The translations under genes were made by a program, and so were the position numbers. A stretch of DNA of 64,000 nucleotides from Octopus vulgaris. Taxonomy: Eukaryota. The DNA is taken from contig OX597823.1 in NCBI GenBank assembly GCA_951406725.2, forward strand, positions 101,866,001 through 101,930,000, given 5' to 3'. Positions 26,433 to 37,763 of this stretch are shown here, one piece after another. Positions within the stretch are counted from its first letter, which is position 1; every line of letters starts with the position of its first letter. The notes beneath the pieces are model-generated. The model saw nothing but the letters and a program-made list of their open reading frames with translations. It was not told the origin of the DNA and ran no database searches.

Positions 26433-26466
26433 GGGCGACACAACTTAACCACTTCAGTTGTTGCAT
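26433..26466 (-). CDS. Gene A coding exon 1: start of signal peptide (MQQLKWLSCVA)
   Basis: ATG at 26466 and strong donor GCCC|gtaagt in phase 1. Joined to the 12063 acceptor it gives a typical signal peptide MQQLKWLSCVALTCILLPLFVHG-NAD. Confidence 0.75.
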
Positions 26467-26828
26467 CTTGGAAACATAACCTTCTTTCCGTGACAGCAGT
26501 TTTCCTTCGTTCTTACTTCTCTGTTGAAGGCAAATTAGAGTATTTGCCTGTATATTTTTACCTTTGCTTTTTAATGTTTCTTTATTCCACGCAGAAACAG
26601 TTGCTCTACCAATATTCGGAATGGTAATAAACAGAAACAAAGAGTTATTTTGTTTGTGTTTTTTCGCTCAACCCTCAACACAACAATCCCGCACGCACTT
26701 CCTGTCGATGACCTCAATGTTTTTCACAAGCAACACATCACGGTTGCATCACGGGAATAAATTTATAATATTACTCAGATGTTTTCGTTTCTCCTTGTTT
26801 TTTCTCTTATATTCATAGGAAAGTTGAG

Positions 26829-27285
26829 GGTACTACTTGAAAGGTGGCGAGCTGGCAGAAACGTTAGCGCGGTATTTCGTCTGCTATTGCGTTCTAAGTT
26901 CAAATTCCGCCGAGGTCGATTTTGCCTTTCGGGGTCGATTAAATAAGTACCAGTTACGCGCTGGGATTGATATAATCAACTTAATCCGTTTGTCTGTCCT
27001 TGTTTGTCCTCTCTGTGTTTAGAAATAGGTACTACTTAAGAAGAGTGGTCCCGGTGCGCGCACTCGCGTACTCGTGCATCCGCGCTAGCTAGTCATGACT
27101 AGTCGATCCTTACTTTGTGTTTTTGTGTGTTATTTACTTTTTTTTAAAAAATTATTTACTTTGTGTTTTTGTGTTTTATTTACTTTGCTAGGCAGTCGTT
27201 GTAGGATCGACTAGTCACGACTAGCTAGCGTGGATGCGCGAGTACGCGAGTGCGCGCACCGGGACCACTCTTCTTAAGTAGTACC
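26829..27285. mobile_element. Mutator-like MITE with ~84-bp CpG-rich TIRs, interrupted by a SINE
   Basis: TIRs 27028-27112 and 27202-27285 begin GG; perfect 9-bp TSD aaagttgag at 26820-26828 and 27286-27294. Confidence 0.8.
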
Positions 27286-29943
27286 AAAGTTGAGTGATAT
27301 GTATGCATGTATGTAAACACACACACGCACGCACATACGCACGCACGCACACACACACATATACTCTTTTACTTGTTTCAGTCATTTGACTGCGGCCATG
27401 CTGGATCCTCGAAGGGTTTTTAGGCGAACAAATCGAACCCAGGACTAACTTCTTAAGCCCAGTACTTATTCTATCGGCTCCTTTGGCCGAACCCCTAAGT
27501 TACGGAGGACGTAAACACACCAACACTGGTTCTCAAGTGGTGATGGACACGGACACGCACACACATATTTATACACGACGGGCTTCTTTCAATTTCCATC
27601 TACTAAATCCACTCACAAGGCTTTGGTCGGCCCAAGGCTATAGTAGAAGACACTTGTCCAAGGTGCCATGCAGTGGAACTAAACCTGAGACCATGTGGTT
27701 GAGAATCTATATTTGCAAGTATGTAACCATATATGAATATAAATGAAACCGTTTGTGTATATGAGTGTTATTGTTGATATCTCGTAACAAAGACACACAA
27801 GTAAAATACAACTCCAAACTTAAATACAGGTTCTGGAGCCGATATGCTCGACGAAATCCTTAAAGGTGGTGCTCCAGTATGACAGCAATTCAGTAACCAG
27901 TAAAGAACTGAATAAATAAAAGTAAAAATATGCATACTTTCGAATATTTATTTATCGATCTAATATAATATAAATGTATCTCCATGTACAGTATGGCCGA
28001 ATGTTTAAAAAGTTTGTTGTACAACCACAAAGTCAAGGGTTCGATCCCATCTTGGGCAAATGGCATCTTTTATAACCTGGAGGCGACGTATACATTGTGA
28101 GTGTATATATGGAAACTGTACCTAAAATATAGCCTTGTTTTACTGTGTTACATTGATTTTGCCAGAGAATTAAGTGTTCCATGGGTCTGTTGGATGCTCA
28201 ACCACCTCCGCGCTACTTCAAGAGCAAGTAATTTAATTGTTCGAACAATTGAATCTTCATCACCGAACGACGGAAATCCATCAATACAATACATACATAA
28301 TCATGGTTTTTCTACTTCCTGATTTCTGCATCTACTTAGCCATATAAAGTGTAGATTGGGTAGAACTTGGGAGCAAAAAACACTTACTTCAGTCTCACGC
28401 CACTCAGTATAGATGTAGTAACCATCAGCAGAACCAGAGTTCCTGAAGCACACGCAATCAAACGCTTGACTGACTACTAGGAATATGTGAAACATTTACC
28501 ATCAAGTGGTGGGGGAGGATATAATGTATCTGGGATTGTTTTCGGGCTGTTGGATTGGAGTATTTCTATTGAATTGTTCCCCAGAACTATAGCTAACTTT
28601 ATCTTTATTCCCATCAAAGAGTTTGCATTTACGAGTGGTGGGGGGAAACCTTCTTATAAAAGACAGATCACTAACTGAGTGCAACGCTAGTGTGTGTGGA
28701 AGATGGGAAATCAGATGTTGTGAAATTTCCTATTTGTTATTGTGTAATCCCAATACTACCTGCATGCTTAAAGGTCCAGGCAGACCTAAGGCATGAAAGA
28801 AGTCAGCCGAATAATACACTCAACCCACTGATCTGTTTTACCAGTAATACCATGCATCTATCTAAGGGAAAACCCTACTGAACAATCAGAGATCTTGCAC
28901 TCTCTCCGGGTTATATCTAGATTTTACTTGTAGGAACACTTGAAGCGAGAAAGGCGGACTCACTAAGAATGCGGCAGTGCATCTCCACTTATTATTGATG
29001 GTGTGCATTTCAACACAGTGCTTGTGGCCTGTTGCAATTATTCTTATACGCTTTGTAAAAAACGGTTTTGTAAGGGATTATAATCCCTTACAAAACCATC
29101 TTTTACAAATTTTAAGCACCCCCACAAAAAAAAAAAAATTAGGGGTTCCTTATACACGTTAAAATACATTACATCACGTAGATAACATAAATAGATCGTG
29201 AAAAGGTCGTGTCTGGAGTGTCTGATAATCGCTCTGCTTGATCTAGGTCAGTGTTTTTGGCCTTTTTCTCTACGTCTCCACCTTTACCGGTTCACCATAC
29301 TGATTTCTGCCACCTCCGCATACGAGTAAAAAAAGAAGTAGTCTTGTGTACGACCCAATTAAAATTTTATTACGTAACACCAACAACTTTATATTAATTT
29401 AACATTGCCTTCTTTAAAATCAACATTAAGAAAAAACAATTCTAGCAAAAATTGCGTATATTGATGAAAATATTTCGACTTAAAAACAATTTCCTTTTTA
29501 GAGTTCCCTAAAATTTCGCTTGAAATCTAAACGCCGAAAGCTAACCGCAGCGACGAACGACTCCAGAAACAACAGCAGCAGCAACAGGGAAGGTATTGGT
29601 CTGAAGCAAAACAGATAACAATGACAATAAATAATGAGGTCATCAGTAGGCCAGCATATTATGTGTCAACATGATCTATGTATCACTGATAAATCCGGAA
29701 TTTACTGTCTTTCAGTGACTCAAAATTAAAACCTAATTGTTGGAGTAATTTGGGGATTCTCGTTTCGATGGTTGGTTTCTGATTTCATTTATATTTTTCT
29801 AAAGCGAAAGATCGACTAAATTTTTCGATAGTTTAATCTTTTATATTTTTTCTTTCAATCAGTTTGTCTCTTGTTACGCATAACATTAGTCATTCAACTT
29901 ATGATCCACATGGGAGCCTCTAACGTAGACGCACACCGACCTA

Positions 29944-30395
29944 CTAGAAATAGCAGCAAGATCTCTCTACCGTCTTAAATATGTTAGTTCCTCTTATTCC
30001 AAGTGGAATATTGGGAAGCAACAAAAGTTCTATATCCTCTGCAAGAGATTTGGCATCCTCCCATCTCAACTGCTCTGCATCTAGATCATTCAGAATTGTC
30101 CTCTTCCATATTATTAATGGGCGTCCACGTTTCCTTTTCCCATTTTCTGGCTTCCAAGCGAGAGAGACCTTTGGCTGTCTTGTTAAGTGCATTCTAAAGA
30201 CTTGTCCAATAAACCTCACACGATGACTTTTCATAGTGATGCTTAGTGGTTTATGCTTGTTTTTTTTTCCCATAGACTTCTTCATTGGTTATTCTGTCCT
30301 GCCAAGAGATCTTAAGAATTTTTTGGAAGCACCTCTGGCGGAATACATCTAGCTTGTCGATGAATCTTGCTGTCATCTTCCACGCTAGCAAAGAT
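29944..30395 (-). mobile_element. Degenerate RTE/RTE-X LINE 3' fragment
   Basis: RFIGQVFRM...WKPENGKRKRGRP..WKRTI motif typical of the RTE ORF C-terminus. Confidence 0.7.
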
Positions 30396-30496
30396 GACAT
30401 CCAGGATAACCAAAGAATTGAACATGTAACAAGAGTTTATCAGTGTAACAAGGTGTTGAGTTGCTACTTTAGTGTGTGCTTAAGATACAAGTGTTG

Positions 30497-30534
<38 letters not shown>

Positions 30535-30739
30535 GAAATGAAGTTAGATCAGAAGGCGTTTTTGGGGTTAACGTAATCCACAGATTTATTTAAGGAGTGG
30601 ATAACTGCTCTCAAATGAGACAAAGATAATAATTACAACGTGAAATAAAGTGTCTTGCTCAAGGACTCAATGCGCCGTCGGGAATTGAACTCACGACCTT
30701 ACGATCATGAGCCTTCACATATAATACATATACATATAC

Positions 30740-30797
<58 letters not shown>

Positions 30798-30799
<2 letters not shown>

Positions 30800-31382
30800 C
30801 AATAATAAATCTCTAAACGAGATATAAACAGTAACTACTCTATAACATAAGGGGCATCAGCCATCTGAATGTGGCTAGGGACAGGGCAGGGCGGTGGGGG
30901 TGTTACTGATGCATTTAGCCCCAGGCGATCATCAACGTCACCAGGAGGGCTGACACCATCTCGGTGTCCTCTAGCCTGCAAAGAGAGATCATTCCCCGAA
31001 GAAGCGGATGCTACATACGGACCAGGTTTCAAGGTATTTGCCTATTATCAACGCATGGTAAGCACCGCTCTCCGACGAATAACTCTCTGTACAGGCTATA
31101 TATTTATGGATTTTCACAGTAAACACATTTACTGATGTAGAAAAACCGTTCGAAAGCAATAATAAATCTCTAAACGAGATATAAACAGTAACTGCTCTAT
31201 AACATAAGGGGCATCAGCCATCTGAATGTGGCTAGGGACAGGGCAGGGCGGTGGGGTGGGACACCGAGATGGTGTCAGCCTTCCTGGTGACGTTGATGAT
31301 CGCCTGGGGCTAAATGCATCAGTAACACCCCCACCGCCCTGCCCTGTCCCTAGCCACATTCAGATGGCTGATGCCCCTTATG

Positions 31383-31387
<5 letters not shown>
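30798..31387 (+). mobile_element. Retrozyme-/Penelope-like element: 357-bp unit, partial tandem copy and inverted copy
   Basis: 30798-30899 repeats at 31155-31256; 31259-31387 is the reverse complement of 30841-30969; hammerhead-like motif at the unit junction; (TA)n on both flanks. Confidence 0.7.
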
Positions 31388-31442
<55 letters not shown>

Positions 31443-31688
31443 CATGTGTGTGTGTGTTATGTGTAGTTTGGGTTCTAATGGGAGAGACAACCAATATGAA
31501 AGCCATTGTTATTGTTTTACGTGTTTATTTACTATTCATGTTACACGGACGTCGACATTCATCGTAGTAATACATTATATACTTTACACACAGTTTGTAC
31601 TATTCACTAACAAAAATAGTGCCAAAAGTGGGGATGTATTCTATGCACGTATACACATAGATATGAATGTATAACAGTGTGTGTGTGT

Positions 31689-31730
<42 letters not shown>

Positions 31731-31766
31731 TTACATATACATATACATACAGTAGGTAAACGTGTG

Positions 31767-32127
31767 GGATCTCTTCTGTTTGAACGGCAGTTTTTTCCAT
31801 TGCATTTCAATCTGTTTTAGGGTTAGGGTTAGGGGTGGGGGGAAGGATATCTTTTTTTTCTTCACAAATGTAAATAAACTCAATCTGTTTCTTAAACGAG
31901 GGACATATCCATGTGACACAGAATGTTTTTTTTTACCTCAATGGACGTAATTGATTGGTTGAAATTGCAGAAATTGAAGAAAAAACACAACAAATATCTT
32001 ACAAATTTCTCAATAAAGCCAAGAGAAAAAGATGTTTTATAAACACATTCTACCAGTATATGAAGTTAAAATTTTTTTAGTTACCTAGAAATTATGTTAA
32101 AAACTGCCGTTCAAACCGAAAAGATCC
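31767..32127. mobile_element. MULE-like MITE containing (TTAGGG)3
   Basis: TIRs ggatctcttctgtttgaacggcagtttt / aaaactgccgttcaaaccgaaaagatcc; TSD-like aaacgtgtg / aaagtgtg. Confidence 0.7.
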
Positions 32128-32400
32128 AAAGTGTGAACTAGAAAAGTCTAGGGGATACTACAATTTATTAACGGGTAGGTGCAATTTTAAGGAAGGGTGT
32201 CAGGGTGTTTAAAAAAAGTAGTTATCAAGAAACTATATGTAAGGACCCCGTAGCCCTGATGGTATATAATTATTTGCTCTTAACATATTGGACTTCAAGA
32301 CTATTTATCTAAGCCATGTTTTCTTTCGTTCAGTATTCCAGTGCACCGTAATTCTCAGAGTAAATCAGAGTGTGACACAATATAATGACACTGGTTCAAT

Positions 32401-32469
<69 letters not shown>

Positions 32470-32934
32470 ACACTTTGTTGTTGAACAGTACTTTATTTAC
32501 TGACCCTTAAAGGATAAAAAGCAAATTTAAAATCGGAGGGGTTTGACTGAGGACCGAAACGAATGCCGCAATGAATTCTACCCCACATTTTCTGAGCTTT
32601 GACAACGCTGCCGATTGTCTGCCTTATGTGATGTCATTAAAATAGACAACTCTGGGTTTGAAATATACCGTGTTCAATAGTGTGGTCCTAGTTATCTCCC
32701 TTTATCATCACTCCCCTCCCTCACTGACTTAACGGTTCTGCCAGCTCACCGCCTTTATGGATTGGAATATTCTATCATGCGTTTGAATAAGTGCTTTACA
32801 ACAAGGGCTCCCAACCATCGAACTCTAGTTCATCTCGTACCGAGCCGTTCAGAAAGCATAAATATTTAATTTTCATTTCTGTTCTATTGACTGTCGCAGC
32901 CTTCAGGGTGAAGTTTGCATCGTATATGTGTGCG

Positions 32935-32990
<56 letters not shown>

Positions 32991-33019
32991 TATGCATATT
33001 AATATGTAGTATGTATATG

Positions 33020-33089
<70 letters not shown>

Positions 33090-33805
33090 TGTATGTATGT
33101 ATGTATGTATGTATGTATGTATGTATGAATTATGCATTGAATAATTAAAATATATATTATCCACTTTATTGTAATTCCATAGAAAAATTGTGAAAAGAAA
33201 GGTTGGGGACCAATGCTTTACCGTTTTTAGTTATACACATTTACATTCTGAGTTCAATTTCAAAAAGACATTCCAAACATTGTCCACTTGAGATTCTTTA
33301 AATGAATATATGCATGTATGCGCACACTTTGTTGCGTACACCTACAAAGACATATATGCAAAAAGTAATCATGCACGCACGCTCGTGCGTGCACAAATAT
33401 CTAAGCATTATAAAGACATGTTCACACAGAAAATGTATGCATGTATGCATGTATGCATGTATGTATGTATGTATGTATGTATGTAGGTAGGTAGGTAGGT
33501 ATGTATGTATGTATGTATGTATGTATGTATGTATGTATGTATGTATGTATGTATGTATGTATGTATGTATGTATGTATGTATGTATGTATGTATGAAGGT
33601 GCGTGGCTTAGTGGTTAGGTTACGCACCTCGCGATCATAGGGTTACGAGTTAGATTCCCGGCAGTGTGCTGGGTCCTTGAGCAAAACATTTTATTTCATG
33701 TTGCTCCAGTCCACTCAGCTGGCACTAGCTTGTCAAATTCCGTCTCCCCGGGACCTTCGTTAAGGGTACGCGTGTCTGCAACCGGCATCCTCTCCATTGC
33801 AACAT

Positions 33806-33902
<97 letters not shown>

Positions 33903-34096
33903 GAGACAGACAGACAGAGACAGACATATTTAGATGCTGGCCTAGGAACCAGGCAGTCACCTTTGTTAACGTGTTAGCTATAATGCAAGGGAGACAACTT
34001 TTGTAAGTCTTAAAATTTTCTGCAGAGAGAGATTATCTATCTATCCATCTATGTGTAGAGGCATCTTCGTAGGCTTCACATAAAAGATATGTATGC

Positions 34097-34191
<95 letters not shown>

Positions 34192-34193
<2 letters not shown>

Positions 34194-37100
34194 AGTAGAG
34201 GGTGAGCTAGTTAAGAAGCAAGAAGAGGCAATTAGAAGCGGCATCGCATCCGGCGTTTTGGCGGCGAGGCTGGCCCTCGACCAACACTTCAACGCCAAAC
34301 ACAAAGGGTGTGTTGTCAGAGCTAGGATGCGTGCTCTAAGGAACGAAGGTGTTGGAGCCGCGAGAGAGGCCCGGGTGGCAGAGGCGCAACAGGGCAACAA
34401 AGCCACCATTCGGTCCCTGGTAGATGAACAGGGGCGCGAATTGCTCGAGCCAAGTAAAATGTGTGAGGCCTTTTAACAGCATTTTGCCCGACTGTTCGGG
34501 ACGAGTGGCGGGCAAGAACGTAGGGTGGAATTCAGCGCCTACCTATACAGCCTACTACGACTCTCGACAAGAGAGGCAGGCCGCTGCGAAGGTGCCATCA
34601 CGGCGGCGGAAGTGCAGGACGCGATGGCAGAATGCCCGAGGGACAAATCGCCGGGCCTGGATGGTCTACGCTACAAGCTTTACAGTTGTATGCCAGACTT
34701 GTTTGGAGACGTCTTGGCAGCGGTGTACTGTAACTGACAGCAAAACGGAAGCATCCCTGGTTTTGTGAGCCGAGGCGCCGTAACATCATAAGCGGAAAGT
34801 GTAACCTCTCGAAAGAGCTGTTCTTCACTCCTGCTCCAGAGCGTCGGCTGCGGGGTCATTCCGAAAAGCTCTACCTGCGACGATTTCATCTCAATCGAAG
34901 GAGAGGAGCTTTCTCCGTGCGGGTTGCGGATCCGTGGAACAAGCTGCCAGACGAGATGGTGAAGATGCTGACGACCGCTTTGTTCAAAGTCTCCCTTGAC
35001 CTCAAGTGGCCTGAACTCTTTACATGAACACCACCCTGTACTTAACTCCATGTCCCCCTACATGGCCTTGCTATTTGCTTTTGAGCCAAATTAACTAACT
35101 AACTAACTAACTAACTAACACTGCTGAGGAAAGATCTAAACAAGGGGAATGTAATAGATAACTTTAGGCCCATCACTCTGCTTAATGCAGACTTGAAAAT
35201 TTTGGCCAAGGTGTTAGCCAAGAGGTTGGCGCTTGTCATCGAGAAACTGGTCGACAAGGCGCAAACGTGCGCCGTGCCGGGCCGGAGCATCCATGACAAC
35301 CTCCATCATAGACAGGGTAGTTAAGGAACCTGGCATGGGTGGGGCGCTGATCAATTTGGATCAATCGAAAGCTTTCGATAGTGTAGACCATCGATACTTG
35401 GATGCTGTCCTCAGAGCGGCTGGTTTCGGTCCCATCTTCTGCGGCTGGATAGCCGCTTTGTACAGAGGCATCCGTTCGGTAATTTGCGTAAATGGACATC
35501 TATCGAGACCTTTCGACATCGCACGTTCGGTTCGTCAGGGATGCCCCCTCTCGTCGCTTCTATACGTATTGACTCTCGAGCCATTATTGCGGAAGCTGGC
35601 AACTTTGAGGGGAATCCCGCGAGAACTGGGATGCGGGACGAGCGTGTCTGCATACGCGGACGACGTCACCGTCATAGTGTCAAGCCACGAGCACATCGAG
35701 CAGGTCGGCGAGACACTGAAAAACTACGAAGCGGTGACAGGAGCGAAAATCAACCGGGAAAAATCAGTGGGCTTGCGACTCGGCATCTGGAGAAGCAAGC
35801 CCATGCCGTCCACCAGCGCCTCCGTCGTGGGACGCTGGACCGACGGTCCAGTCGAGTTGCTCGTGGTCTGGTTTGGTCCGGACCTCCAAATGGAGAAGAA
35901 CTGGAACGAGATAACGAGTAGGGTGGTCACTCTCGCCCGGCAATGGGCCGAGAGGAAACTGTCCTTAAAAGGTCGGGCGGAGGTGGCGAACTCGTACATC
36001 GCGTCCCTCATCTACTACCGCCTGACCGTCGTGCCTTGTCCCGACCCTACCATCACCAAACTAGAACGCATTCTCTTTCGCTTCTTGTGGAAAGGATGCG
36101 TCCCGATGGTCAAGCGATCCATTTGCTGTCAACACCCGTTAAATGGAGGTTGGGCATGCCGTGGTTGATGATGCGCAGACACGCGCTGAGACTCAGGCTC
36201 TACGTAGACGACGGTGAACAGGTGTGGTCGCCGTTTGTGAGGTGCGCTTTCCCGCAGCTCGTCTCCATGACCGAACTGCAGTCGTGGATCAAAAAGAGGC
36301 CGAGGAAGGGCGAATGGCACCGCTAGTGTCGCGTTGCTCTCAAGCAACTATGCCGTCCCGGGTCGACCTTGAGTGACTCCAACACAACCCAAGCATTCTA
36401 TAGGGGATTAGTGGAGGGGAGGTACGACGACGAGCTCGGGGCGAACCTAGACGTCGACGAGAAATACCTGACCCGCCTGTTCAGGACGACTTTCGGGCCA
36501 GGGCCCATGGACAACTTCCAGAGATCCCTGGCCTGGCAGTGCTACCGAGAAGCGCTACCCGTTCGGGATAAGCTCTACAGACACGGCTCGAGAAACACGG
36601 GGCCGACCTGCCCGAGATGCGGTCAGAGCGACGAAACCGTTCTGCACGCAATCGTGCAGTGTCCAACAATTTCCGACCTGTGGGCTTATGTCGAACAAGT
36701 GCTGTCACGTGTGGGACGAGTCTGCCTATCGGCCGAGTCTATCGTCAATATTGTCACTCTTCCTTCCTTCAAACGGGAAGGAAGAGCTATTTTCATCATC
36801 CTTGTGGCTATGGCGAAAGAATGTATTTGGTGGACGCGTCTGAAAGGATTGGAGACTAACATTTTCCCCTCTGGTCAATCTCTCATCAACTTCTTCAAGT
36901 ATCACTTGAAAAGGAAAGTGAGAGTAGAGAAGCAAGTTTTGTCTTACGAATGTTTTAAAAAAAGATGGGTGAATGTAGCAAGGATGGCACGTATGAATGA
37001 CGAAGCCACCTTGTGCACAATCCTATGAACCCGGAAATTGAAAACAGAGGGTTACCCACTTGCAAACAAATGTGGTAACATGGAACAATATTGACCGAGG

Positions 37101-37454
37101 TTACCGTGGTCTTTTCCGTAGGCTTTTCTTCCCACGGATAAACCTTATCTGCTTCCCCTTTATACCGTACATCATGACACTGTGATATACGATCCCTATT
37201 TTTGTTTTTTTTTCTTTTCCCCCTTTTTTTCTTTTTTTTCTTTTCCCCCTTTTTTCCTGTTTTTTTCCTCCTTTTTTCTTTTCTCCTTTCTTTTGTTTCT
37301 TTTCCTTTTTTTTCCTTTTTTCTTTCTTTTTTCCCTTTTACGATCCCTTTTGATCGAAAACCTACCCCACTTTTTTTTTTCTCCAAAAAAAGAAAAGCTC
37401 TACTTTGTAATCTGTCCCGTCTGTGTGTAGCCCTGTGTGGATAATAAAGAAACA
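34192..37454 (+). mobile_element. 5'-truncated copy of a related Tx1-clade LINE
   Basis: Homologous to ~40770-43497 (RT YADD, CPRC finger, similar 3' UTR and AATAAA) but diverged; (TATC)n on both sides. Confidence 0.92.
34786..35115 (+). mobile_element. CR1/L2-group LINE 3' fragment nested in the truncated Tx1 copy
   Basis: Encodes LRGHSEKL...AFSVRVADPWNKLPDEMV...FKVSLD (typical CR1-group ORF2 end); (CTAA)n tail; TAACA duplicated at 34781-34785 and 35116-35120. Removing it restores the Tx1 frame RGAVTLLRKD. Confidence 0.85.

Positions 37455-37763
<309 letters not shown>

Noticed and set aside
31817-31834. Telomere or chromosome end
   Set aside because: Only about 3 TTAGGG units, inside a MITE.
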